A stretch of DNA of 63,275 bases, filler included, from Octopus bimaculoides (lineage: Eukaryota), in the NCBI RefSeq assembly GCF_001194135.2. It is 5 parts of 3 records of this genome, joined end to end, with 100 filler letters (N's around TTAATTAATTAA, not from the genome) between each part and the next. Parts side by side here need not be neighbours in the genome. Positions count along the whole stretch, not along the records: positions 35,681 to 48,266 come from NC_068981.1; positions 48,367 to 58,585 come from NC_068986.1; 3 more parts are not named here. One strand, 5' to 3'. The position numbers and the translations under genes were made by a program. The notes beneath the pieces are model-generated. The model saw only the letters and a program-made list of their open reading frames with translations. It was not told the origin of the DNA and did not search any database. Shown piece after piece: positions 40,621 through 51,631 of this stretch. Positions within the stretch are counted from its first letter, which is position 1, and every line of letters starts with the position of its first letter.

Positions 40621-40803
40621 AAAGCCAGCAAATATATGATGAATGATGAAGGGATAGACCAGCAAAAAACTACATCAATCACTACACAAGAGCTTAAAAA
40701 TACCATATATGACAGATAGGAATGGAAGACATATCAGGAATGCCAAAAATTCTGATTCTACCAATTACATATATATAGACATACATATACACAAACATAG
40801 ATA

Positions 40804-40883
<80 letters not shown>

Positions 40884-41507
40884 TATACATAAGATATTCA
40901 CACATATACAGTACATGCACACACACACACACGTACACTTGCCTATGGGATTCTGGGATTCTGCAAATGAATTTTGGCATAGTTATTTTTACACCTGGAT
41001 ACCCTTCCTATCACCTGTCATTTCATAGAAAGGAATGAGTGCAATTTATAATCCCACTGGCATTAGAGAGGTTGTCTTCAAGGAGTAAAGTATCCCAACT
41101 GCACTGTACCTGTTTCTTGCTGCCCTAAATAGGTTGTCTTCACTACAGCTGGAAAGACACATCTCTCTATAATGTAAAGCAGTGATTTTCACTACTAAGG
41201 AGACTCTCAGAGTGCCAGCCGAAGGTGTGTACCTGGTTACCAAGTGAGCACTTGCTGGAAATATAAGACAAATGGGCATGAGGTTGTTTCCATTACATGA
41301 AGGGTAGGTATATAAGTTTATATAATTTTTAACACTGGAACTCAAAGTAGATAAAGCTAAGTAATATAATGTAAATATTGGGTTAAAAAAACCCTGGGAT
41401 GGAAAAAGTCCAAGGGTTTTTTTAACTTAACATACACATGCTATCATTTATAGCTTTATCTAACCACATTAAAATGATTTGTTAAAATTATTTAATTNNN
41501 NNNNNNN

Positions 41508-41553
<46 letters not shown>

Positions 41554-41729
41554 TATACATACATGCATGTGCATGTGCATGTATGTGTGTGTGTGCATGT
41601 GATGTTTATAAATTGTATGTATATGCTATGTTTGAGTGCTTCGCATGTATGTGCATGTTATGTGTCCAGATAATATGTAAACTTTATGTGTCTACATTCT
41701 TTTGGATATATCTTCTCAGAAATCCTACA

Positions 41730-41768
41730 TCAATGTTGTTGAAATTCATCAAGTTCCTGGTCAACATT
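41730..41768 (-). CDS. TMCO6: TMCO6-like protein, probable terminal coding exon
   Basis: Strong acceptor tttctgcttttccttctag, phase 0, encoding NVDQELDEFQQH then TGA (41730-41732). Gives a short acidic tail after ...YFFLGDE. Confidence 0.65.
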   Translation of the reverse strand, partial: NVDQELDEFQQH

Positions 41769-43191
41769 CTAGAAGGAAAAGCAGAAACATATTTAGCAAG
41801 AGACATAGTTCATTAAAAAAAAAAAAATCATTAATATGTCCAAGTTGTGTAATAATATTTGAAATCTAGAGAAATCTAAAAGTACTTCCTCCAACACACA
41901 ACAAATTTCTATTATTTCGGGGAATGCAACTATCAGCTCATAGAAGTATGACTGAAAATGTATACATACAAGAAAATAATATATTGATTTGGTCCATGAA
42001 AAAAATTATGCTCATTTATAGTAAAGTAAACAAGCCTACCATTGCTAAATAAGTCATACAACATTATTTAAACAGCTATGAACAGCAGAACTGGTGAGAA
42101 GACTAGATATCTAAATTGACTAATTTAGAATATTTAGATTGTAGTTTAAGTGCCTTGGATCTAAATCATATCAGGAATTATTTTGCTTTCAATTTTTTGC
42201 ACATTCAAAAGGTAACTATGATCAATTTTGAGTTTACTAACATTTCAATTTAGAGATAAAATATATATTTTCATCAGTCTTTTCATATATTTCAGTTATT
42301 TTCACTCCAAATCAGCCCTAATTGTCTTGATTTACAAACAACAGAGCTTCAGCCATGACCATCTCATCTTTTCTCAAATATAATGTATCAAGGACTACGT
42401 TATTCAGTGTGTTTTCCCCTTTCTGAGGCCATATGGTGTGATTTGAAGGAAATTTGGCTATTATTTCTAATAAGTCAAGGGATCATGTGACAGCTTTTTC
42501 TCTGATTTCTTCAATATCACTGTGTATCATCATGATGTGCTGGGTTTAATAGTTAGTTTTTACCCTCTGCTGTGACACTCACCACAAACTCATACAAACC
42601 AGTTAATTTCTGGGACATGATTCTTATAATTTTCTTATAATAATGCAAGAGTGCGAGTCTGTTTTATCTATCTTTTTTTCTCTATACCTTTCACTTTGAA
42701 GTGTGAATAGCACAAATTGATTCTAACCAAACAAGGATCTTGACACAGAATGTAAACCTAGAAGGATCACTTACTATCCACATAATGAGTTGAAAATTAA
42801 GCAGGACATGTGCACCTTACTTGCCAATTATTTTAATAAAACAAACAACCATGCTATGCAATTGGTTTTTGTCAATAATTGGATTTAAGCAACACCAAAC
42901 ATGTAGCTTACAACTTTTTTTTATGCATTAGATTCTAAACAACCTAACATGCATCTCAACAATATTTTACCAGCAACCAAATTTCCAAAAACAAACATGT
43001 AGATCAAGTAACTATTAGCTTTAAATTTTTTTTTATATAACTTGTAGTTTAAAAAACCTTTTATCACTTCATAGCTTTTATGATTCTTCAAAAAAGAAAA
43101 GAAAAAATCTGTGAAGTTATTTTCAAATATCATGTAAGGCAAATATGTCCTTCTTTTCAAATGGATTTCAAAAACAAGAAACTATTCTTAC

Positions 43192-43317
43192 TTCATCCCC
43201 AAGAAAGAAATAGGTCTCCAGCATTTCATTAGCTTGAGTCTGAATTGCTTCATTGGAATGGTATTCCAAACCTTCAAGATAACCAATCCCACCACATTCT
43301 TCAAACTGTTGTTGACC
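43192..43317 (-). CDS. TMCO6: TMCO6-like protein, coding exon (ARM10-like)
   Basis: Acceptor tttcattatatatccag and donor GAA|gtaaga. 126 nt: GQQQFEECGGIGYLEGLEYHSNEAIQTQANEMLETYFFLGDE. It resembles the importin-alpha C-terminal EECGG....LQ.H.N.......I...YF motif. Confidence 0.87.
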
Positions 43318-44024
43318 CTGGATATATAATGAAAACTTTAGCTAGAATCAGATGTCATACAGATGAAAAACAGTGACAACAATAAAATAACATTAATATA
43401 ACAACAATAAAGAATGATGATAAAAGTAACAAAACTAGAATTGAACACTTTCTCAGTTCAAATCATATCAAATCTAACTTTCAATAATGCTTTTAAAATA
43501 GAAATGAAACTAGAGATTATATGAGGAGAAATATGAGTTTTGGCATTCATACCATTCTTTGAGCAATTACCATCAATAGAAAAATACATCAGCTTAAGCT
43601 GGGAATCAAAACAGGGTTGCATACATGTCTCAAAGAGATTTTTTCAATATACAAACTCAACATTTATCTTCAATTCCATCATTGCAAAATTGATGGATTG
43701 TTAAAATGGAGGACAAGCTCGTTAAAGAAATGCTGAAATTCTGTTAGTGATATTTTGCTCTGTCCTTAAACATAGATATTTTTCTCAGTAAATAAATTAT
43801 TAAAAACAGAAAAGTCAAAGATTTCAAACGGCTTAGTGAAGGTACATCTCAATGACGTGCAAATCAAAGATACTAATGCAACTCTCTATATGGATACAAC
43901 ATAGGAAGAAGTGGGTTTATCTAGGTTGATTTGGCCTTCATACATGTACATAAAAGTCTGTAACTATAGATTAACAATCTAAAAGTCTATAGAATATCCA
44001 GCAAAGGAAGATTAGATAAATTAC

Positions 44025-44192
44025 CTCAACTGTCAGTCGGCACATCATCTCACAGAAATAGAGAGCAAGACTAAGAGATTCAAGGTCTGATGATTTCAAC
44101 ATTACAACCATCTGTGGAATAATCTTTAAAGGAGCCAATAATGAACAATGACTGGAAGAATGGCTACCCAGGTTACACAGCAGATAAACAAC
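44025..44192 (-). CDS. TMCO6: TMCO6-like protein, coding exon
   Basis: Acceptor atcttcag and donor GAG|gtaatt. 168 nt: VVYLLCNLGSHSSSHCSLLAPLKIIPQMVVMLKSSDLESLSLALYFCEMMCRLTVE. The LCN...C..L....P.....L..SD.E....L pattern matches vertebrate TMCO6 as I recall it better than canonical KPNA. Confidence 0.87.
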
Positions 44193-44595
44193 CTGAAGAT
44201 TAATACAAGAGAGATTACTATAATAAAAATACTGATGACAATGATTTTCACAATAGCACAAATTTCATAAATTTATAGGTGGTGGTGGTGGTAGGCAGGA
44301 GCTAGGTTAGTAGCTGAATTAATCGTAATACATGCATAGTCTGATTTTCTGGAGGATGAGAGGCAAAGAGGAAATTATGGCAATTGAACTTATATTACTA
44401 GAAATAGATCCAGTAATGAGAAACAAAAACTTAGGAACTTGTGTCAGCAATAGTTATCTTCAAAAGTTCAATACATTGAGTTACACAAGTTAATGTACCA
44501 ACAGATATATGGTAGCAATTATGGATCTAAAAAGGTTCACAGAGAAAATGTACACAATGTAGGTCAATGATTAAACTATATTTTAAAGAACTTAC

Positions 44596-44687
44596 TTCAA
44601 TTCGAATGTCAAAAGTAGACACCAGAAGCTTAGTTACAGATGATAGAAGGTCTGAATGCAAAATTCTCATTGAAACATCAGCAATAG
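44596..44687 (-). CDS. TMCO6: TMCO6-like protein, coding exon
   Basis: Acceptor ttttcttttcttcatag and donor GAA|gtaagt. 92 nt, phase 1 to 0: (A)IADVSMRILHSDLLSSVTKLLVSTFDIRIE. It exactly bridges the phases of the flanking exons. Confidence 0.85.
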
Positions 44688-45720
44688 CTATGAAGAAAAG
44701 AAAAATATAAAAATGAAAGCAATAGAAATAAATAACTTTAAATAGTAATTGGAAGAAAAAAATTACATTTTTGAGAAAGAAAGAAACAACAGTTTTGGAT
44801 AATTATTTTCATTAAATAGAACAGAATAATTTAAGTTTACAGGCCTCAGACATCAGATATTGATGTCACATAAAAGTTCTCTTCTTTTTGGTTCTTTTTT
44901 TTCACATTTAATTTATTGCTGGTATTACTATTGCATTACTAAATTGGACACATTTTTTTCTATGGCTATGAATTATCATCAATCAATATTCTGTAATAAA
45001 CTTGATCACTAAGCAGCATTATTGCCAGTTTTACTACATCTTTTATCTAGTGTGGATTTAAGATCTTGATTCCCAGTATCCACCCAGCCAAATTATATAT
45101 GAATGGAATGTTTTGCTAAATAAGGCTATCGAGGTTGTTTATATTGACAGTTAACAGAATATAAAGAACCATTTACTAAAGTGTGATGGCAGTGAAACAA
45201 GAAACAAAAGAGCTATACCAACTGTGAACTTGCAGTATAATAGCATAATCTTTGGAGGTTTAGTGTAAGTTAACTAGAGAAAGTAGCACAGAATTAAATA
45301 CAATAGTTAATGCAGCCAAATCAAATGAATTAGATAGCTGATAATGTTTATAGAAAACTTAGAATGAGGTGGATCTGATCATAGTAATATGAAATGAATT
45401 AAAAAATCAAGATGTGAAAAATGCATTGTACACATAGTCAACTCTAGTCAGAATAGAAAAACAGACGTTAACACAATAAATGAAGGCTATCTGAAGTCAA
45501 TGCTTATCAGTGGATTCTACTTTTCACTTAATCTGTTTTTAGTCACAAATTGCGATCTAATTTCACATCATTTTACGTATTCTTAGTGTTGAAAGTGCTA
45601 TATTTACATTAGTTGATAGACCTAAAATTTGCACATGCTGAAAAAAAGTCGTCTGCCAGAGGACCAAAAGAAAAAGAAAAGCCTATTTCTTAAGCAGAAG
45701 TTAGAGGAAAAGATACTAAC

Positions 45721-45889
45721 CTGCCATATTAGAAAGAACCCACAATGTTTCTTTGATAATATGCCGGTGTTTGGAGTGAAGGAAGGCATTTAGTGATGAG
45801 AAGAAGTCAGGATCATTGGCTGCTTGTACACTATAATCATCTTGTCCAGCACAGATATTTCCCACTGCCCGCAACAAAGGAGTTATCAC
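45721..45889 (-). CDS. TMCO6: TMCO6-like protein, coding exon (ARM repeats 6-7 equivalent)
   Basis: Acceptor ttgttgcag and donor GCAG|gttagt. 169 nt: VITPLLRAVGNICAGQDDYSVQAANDPDFFSSLNAFLHSKHRHIIKETLWVLSNMA+G. The LRAVGN and KExxWxLSN motifs are importin-alpha-type ARM signatures. Confidence 0.88.
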
Positions 45890-45981
45890 CTGCAACAATA
45901 AACATATTCACAATAACATTAGTAGGGGATTTATTTATTTGCCCCCAAAAATGTAGCATTTTTGGAAGATCTCTCCCAACA

Positions 45982-46560
45982 ATCATCATCATTTAACGTC
46001 TGCTTTCCATGCTGGCATGGGTTGGATGGTTTGACTGGGGACTGGTGAGCCAGATGGCTGCCCTTCCTAACGCCAACCACTCTGGGAGTGTAGTGAGTGC
46101 TTTTACATGCCACCGGCATGAGGGCCAGTCAGGCGGTACTGGCAACGGCCACACTCAAATGGTGTTTTTACGTGTACCTGCACAGGAGCCAGTCCAGTGG
46201 CACTGGCAACACCCTCGCTCGAATGTTGTTTTCCACGTACCACCGACACAAGTGCCTGTAAGGCGACGCTGGTAACGATCACGCTCGAATGGTGCTTTTT
46301 ACGTGCCACCAGCACGGGGGCCAGTCAGCAGCCCTGGCAACGATCACGCTCAGATGGTGCTCTTAGCACTCCACTAGCACAGATGCCAGTCATGCGGTGC
46401 TGTCATCGAATTTGATTTCGATTTCACTTGCCTCAACCAGTCTTCACAAGCAGAGTTTAGTGTCCAATGAAAGAAAGGTATGCCTAAGTGGGCTAGTTAC
46501 ACCACTGGCATAGGCCACAGGTTATGGCCTCACTTGGCTTGTCAGGTCTTCTCAAACACA
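45982..46560 (-). mobile_element. RTE-type 3' end in a TMCO6 intron; longest copy, reaching the ORF end
   Basis: Same tail family, with about five imperfect ~60-bp internal units (ggtgcttttacgtgccacc...ggcactggcaacga). The far end reads VFEKT*QAK* (46530-46559), which looks like an ORF terminus. Confidence 0.8.
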
Positions 46561-47735
46561 ATATTTGCAATTTCTTTTCATTTGGTATAAAAGAAAGAAA
46601 TATAATTGATCAAATTACCTCCCTATGACTAACACCTTTACAAATCCTGAACAAACACATACACAGATGAATCCAACTAAATTTGAATTAAGAATTAAAT
46701 ACTTTGCACCATCTAAATCAATCCTACTGTTTTAACCATCTAACAGCCAATCAATATCTAATCATTTTTACAGATTTATAAAGGAAATTTACAAGGGATG
46801 ATCCATGCCTTATTTAACAACATTAGTAACACAAGTGAACTGAAATAACTATCGACAATTATAACTGGTAAAATACGATAGTTTATTATTAGTAAACTAC
46901 ATTTCAATAATCGTGTGAAGTAGAGAATTCATTTGAGAAATACTTCATACAACACTTTACAAAAAAGTCTACAAATACAATCAGGTCGTTCTGTCAGTTA
47001 TTAATAATTTTTTCAATAGCAAAACAGCGAAAAACATACAAATGACAGAATCTCATTGCCACTAATTGTTGAAGTGAAACTGAATGTAAAAGGCTGGAAT
47101 AGATACGACAAGGCATCTTATCTGATACTAAAATAATTCTGCCAATCCACTGCCATGGATTGGTACTTTTTTTTATTGATCCTACTAAGATGGAAGGAAA
47201 AGCTAACCTTAGCAAGATTGAACGCAGAGCAGAAAGTCAAAATATATACTGAAAGGTATTCTACCTAATACTTTAATAATTCTGCCAAACTATGTGTGCA
47301 TATATACAAACACACACAAATATCTATATATATTAATAAGGGGATGGCAGATAAATCAGTGTATTGAGCAAAAATATGATGATATTTTGCCTGCCTTAGC
47401 TATTTGATAAATAAGAGATTGATAAAATGAATACTAGAGTACCAAAGTCAATAAAATCAATTAAACTTCTGAATATGGTATCCCAGTATGGACACAGTAC
47501 AATGATGAAAATCAGTGAAAAAATAAAGATCAATTCACTGAAAAGTAAATATGCTTAGGTTAACAAACTTATTAGATCTTAAGATATCAAGAATAAATTT
47601 GCTTGAAGCTATATAACATTTGGAGAAAGGAAGCTAGATTAGGAAATAGATATAGATACAGGTTGTAAAATAAACCCTAGAAACGAATAATTTTTCCTCC
47701 TCAGTATATAGCATTCAGTAAAAATCCAAACTAAC

Positions 47736-47832
47736 CTGTCCATTGTTTTGTTCTTCAGCAGCATAATTGTCAAGCAGATTTAGCAATCTTGTAAGAAGTC
47801 CAACAGCTACAAGCTCATCAACATATTCACTA
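47736..47832 (-). CDS. TMCO6: TMCO6-like importin-alpha/ARM-repeat protein, first visible coding exon (internal; upstream exons not found)
   Basis: Acceptor tttactttgcag and donor CAG|gttagt. 97 nt = 1 + 32 codons: SEYVDELVAVGLLTRLLNLLDNYAAEEQNNGQ. Ends in phase 0, matching the next exon. Confidence 0.8.
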
Positions 47833-47975
47833 CTGCAAAGTAAATGGTTTCCAAAGATTACAAAGAAGTATTAGAAAGCGTAGTATGCATGCATATACAT
47901 ATGCACTAGTTACTCGTTTAACTAATCAAGTTGTTGCTGTTTAGCCACTGGTTGTGTTCATCCCAGAGGTATACA

Positions 47976-48266
47976 TCATCATCATCATCATCATCGTTTA
48001 ACGTCCGCTTTCCATGCTAGCATGGGTTGGACGATTTGACTGAGGACTGGTGAAACCGGATGGCAACACCAGGCTCCAATCTAATTTGGCAGAGTTTCTA
48101 CAGCTGGATGTCCTTCCTAACGCCAACCACTCAGAGAGTGTAGTGGGTGCTTTTACGTGTCACCCGCACAAGGGCCAGTCAGGCGGTACTGGCAACGGCC
48201 ACGCTCAAAGTGGTGTCTTTTATGTGCCACCCACACAAGAGCCAGTCCAGGGGCACTGGCAATGAT
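47976..48266 (-). mobile_element. RTE-type 3' end in a TMCO6 intron, cut by a scaffold join
   Basis: Nearly identical to the 36149 copy (I count 2 mismatches over the first ~177 bp). Confidence 0.85.
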
Positions 48267-48366
48267 NNNNNNNNNNNNNNNNNNNNNNNNNNNNNNNNNN
48301 NNNNNNNNNNTTAATTAATTAANNNNNNNNNNNNNNNNNNNNNNNNNNNNNNNNNNNNNNNNNNNN
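48267..48366. other. Artificial scaffold join (44 N + TTAATTAATTAA + 44 N); truncates the TMCO6-like gene
   Basis: Identical layout at four sites; different repeat families on the two sides. Confidence 0.95.
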
Positions 48367-48409
48367 TATGTATGTATGTATGTATGTATGTATGTATGTA
48401 TCTATGTGA

Positions 48410-48640
48410 GTGTGTGTGTCTTTGTGTCTGTGCTTGTCGCCCCACCACTTCACAATCGATTTTGGTGTCTTTACGTCCCATTAACTTAGCGGATCGGCCA
48501 AATGACCGATAGATTAAGTACCAGGCTTTAAAAAATAAGTCCTGGGATTGATTTGTTCGACCAAAAGTACTTCAAGGCAGTGCTCTAGCATGGCCGCAGT
48601 CAAATGATTCAAACAAGTTGAATATAAAAGATAAAGATAA
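48410..48640 (+). mobile_element. SINE 3' portion (probably the third family); head lost in the gap
   Basis: Reverse-complement match to 59191-59420 (cttaacttagcgg...ctggggttgatttgttcgac...gcatggccgcagtcaaatga-like). Confidence 0.7.
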
Positions 48641-48867
48641 GCCTTACAAACTTAATATGGAAATTTTTATTTTCTCTTTATTTGTTTTACTAGTTTTACT
48701 GGTTGAACTGGAATACAGAGTAAAATACGTAATCATAGGGAACTGACGATGATCTGTATCGCTAACATTTAGTCCAATTGGAGCGTCCGTGTGAGAATTC
48801 AATGACTTTAATGGCCGTGGGGCGAGAGGAATATAAATGTTGGGTTTTGCTCCTCATCTAATTGGGG

Positions 48868-48908
<41 letters not shown>

Positions 48909-49091
48909 AGGAAATAGAGGGAGAGAGAGAGGAAGGGAGGGAGATAGAGGGAGAGAGAGAGAGAGAGCGAAAATGGTATTGTCACTTTAGTTTTAGGCAA
49001 GTAAATTATGAAAGAACTGAAGTGGACAAGTGGAAATGATGTAGGGCGTGAGTAGTAGAAAGAAGAGAGTGAGAGTGAGAGTGTGAGTGAG

Positions 49092-49122
<31 letters not shown>

Positions 49123-49530
49123 GGAGAGAGAGGGAGGAGAGNNNNNNNNNNNNNNNNNNNNNNNNNNNNNNNNNNNNNNNNNNNNNNNNNNNNNNNNNNN
49201 NNNNNNNNNNNNNNNNNNNNNNNNNNNNNNNNNNNNNNNNNNNNNNNNNNNNNNNNNNNNNNNNNNNNNNNNNNNNNNNNNNNNNNNNNNNNNNNNNNNN
49301 NNNNNNNNNNNNNNNNNNNNNNNNNNNNNNNNNNNNNNNNNNNNNNNNNNNNNNNNNNNNNNTAAGTGGCAAAAGGGAGAAAGGAGGAAAAAAATAAAGA
49401 GAGCGGAAGACAAAGACCAATCACACGTAGAAGGCTATTTAAAAGTGTTTAAGTGAATTTATCCGGTTGCATCTCAGTAACATGTGCTTATGCAGAATAA
49501 TATTCAGCACTGAATATATTCTAATTATTT

Positions 49531-50147
49531 ATAATATAATATAGGATAAAATCTTTATAAGAATTTATCAAGTAGTCAGCGTGAAAAAAACCTCATAATG
49601 AAAAAAATTCATCATTTTTTCATAAATATATATAATTTATATAAAGGGCATTCACTGTGTAGTAATGCCTCACGCTTCTCTATAAGCACATGTTACTGAG
49701 ATGCAACCGGATAAATTCAAATCTCTTTCACGGATATATAATTATGAACAGAAGTCATTGTACTGTGTTGGGTACATCGTGGTATGTTGATTGTTGTTTA
49801 TTTTTATGTATCTCGACCATACGTGTACCGAAGAACAAAAGATGCAGGTTACTTCACAGTTATTCTGTATTGATTGAGAAACCAGTGGTTTACCGTTAAG
49901 TTAAATGTTTTTAAGAGATAAATTTTGAAAGCTGCATTCCCTCGCTTTCGGTAAATATGGTGCTTATTTTTTGGTAGTTTTTGACTTATTTAGTCCCTCG
50001 AAGCGTGAGGCATTACTACACAGTTAATGCCCTTTATATAAATTATATATATTTATGAAAAAAATGATGCATTTTTTTCATTATGAGGTTTTTTCACGCT
50101 GACTACTTGATAAATTCTTATAAAGATTTTATCCTATATTATATTAT
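49531..50147. repeat. Inverted repeat with 148-bp arms
   Basis: 49531-49678 is a near-perfect reverse complement of 50000-50147. Confidence 0.92.
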
Positions 50148-50149
50148 AT

Positions 50150-50183
<34 letters not shown>

Positions 50184-50559
50184 NNNNNNNNNNNNNNNNN
50201 NNNNNNNNNNNNNNNNNNNNNNNNNNNNNNNNNNNNNNNNNNNNNNNNNNNNNNNNNNNNNNNNNNNNNNNNNNNNNNNNNNNNNNNNNNNNNNNNNNNN
50301 NNNNNNNNNNNNNNNNNNNNNNNNNNNNNNNNNNNNNNNNNNNNNNNNNNNNNNNNNNNNNNNNNNNNNNNNNNNNNNNNNNNNNNNNNNNNNNNNNNNN
50401 NNNNNNNNNNNNNNNNNNNNNNNNNNNNNNNNNNNNNNNNNNNNNNNNNNNNNNNNNNNNNNNNNNNNNNNNNNNNNNNNNNNNNNNNNNNNNNNNNNNN
50501 NNNNNNNNNNNNNNNNNNNNNNNATATATATATATATATATATAGTGAGAATTTACAAA

Positions 50560-50735
50560 GAAAAAACAGAAGACGAAGACGGGTGTGTAAACAACAAACA
50601 GATGTATTAGTTTAACGCTCGGGAATTGAGAAAGTCTTTTACGTTTCGAGCCTACGCTCTTCGATAGAAAGGAACACAGAAATAAACAGGGAGAGAAAAG
50701 ATTAAAAAAAAGGTTTAGTGGCTAGCGATCTATCA
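50560..50735 (-). mobile_element. Penelope-type terminal repeat, same family as 29.1 kb
   Basis: Reverse complement reads cctttctatcgaagagcgtaggctcgaaacgtaaaagactttctc...gagcgttaaactaatacatctgtttg. Confidence 0.6.
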
Positions 50736-50740
50736 ACAAG

Positions 50741-51305
50741 GTATAAACAATAGCTGCACGACATCGTGAAGTATATTTGCCACCTAAATGTGGCTAACCC
50801 TTAAGAGTTGATGCTTCTGTAGCTTGTAGCCCCAGGAAGACATCTCCGCCGGCTGGCTATTGACACACTATCTGTGTCCTACCAGTACTTGCAAAAGGAA
50901 GATATCGTTTCCATCTCCAGCCTGACGTGATACACACGGACCCGAGTTTCCAGGTATTGACCCGTCATCAACGTTTGACAACCACCGGTCGGCAATGGGA
51001 AATGATTCTCAATGCAGATATATATTTACTTTTTCCAGTGACGAAAAGTCACTGGTCTCAGAAAGGGGGGGGGGGAATAAAACAACAATAAATCTCTGAA
51101 CGTGGTATAAACACTAGCTGCACGATATCGTGAAGTATATTTGCCACCTAAATGTGGCTAACCCTTAATGCTACTGCAGCTTGTAGCCCCAGGAAGACAT
51201 CTCCTCCATCTGGCTATTGACACACTATCTGTACCCTATCAGTATTTGCAAAGGGACGTCATCGTTCCCATCTCCAGCCTGACGTGATACACACGGATCC
51301 GAGTT
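50741..51305 (+). repeat. Diverged direct duplication of a ~205-bp repeat segment
   Basis: 50741-50948 and 51104-51305 share ggtataaac...gccacctaaatgtggctaacccttaa...ccagcctgacgtgatacacacgga.ccgagtt. Confidence 0.85.
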
Positions 51306-51631
51306 ACAATTCAAAGTGTATTGTGACCAGCGATGTATCACAACATTCAGTAGTCTGGTCGATGCCGTAATACATACATACATACATACATACATACATA
51401 CATACATACATACTCACGATTGAAGATGAGCCAACCAGCTCGAAACTGAGTCAGTCTCGCCATCCTGTTGTCTGCTAAATGATGATAACGCTTCGCTCCC
51501 CTTGCTAGCAATATATATTGTATACAAAGGGTGCAGTGGCGCACCGATAACAAGCTTGCGGAAGATCTGCCTGGGGTTAAACTAGCTAGTAGTGACAGGG
51601 AACAGCCACTTTGATGTGGCAATTGACTTTA

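Noticed and set aside
41046-41345. 99-aa minus-strand ORF downstream of the TMCO6-like stop
   Set aside because: No recognisable domain, TTG start, no convincing splice partner; more likely UTR or a decayed repeat.
42921-43191. Read-through of the 43192-43317 exon into the 79-aa ORF at 42921-43160
   Set aside because: A good GTAAGA donor at 43191 and an in-phase terminal exon at 41768 explain it better; the read-through peptide is AT-rich and unlike the family.
46080-46390. Regularly spaced ~60-bp units that might suggest a CRISPR-like array
   Set aside because: The units are contiguous diverged tandem repeats inside an RTE 3' UTR, with no unique spacers, in a eukaryotic context.
41730-47832. 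Calling the gene a canonical importin-alpha (KPNA)
   Set aside because: The ARM8-9 region (VVYLLCN...SDLESLSLAL) lacks the EAAWAISN signature and follows the TMCO6 pattern; a phylogeny is still needed to confirm.
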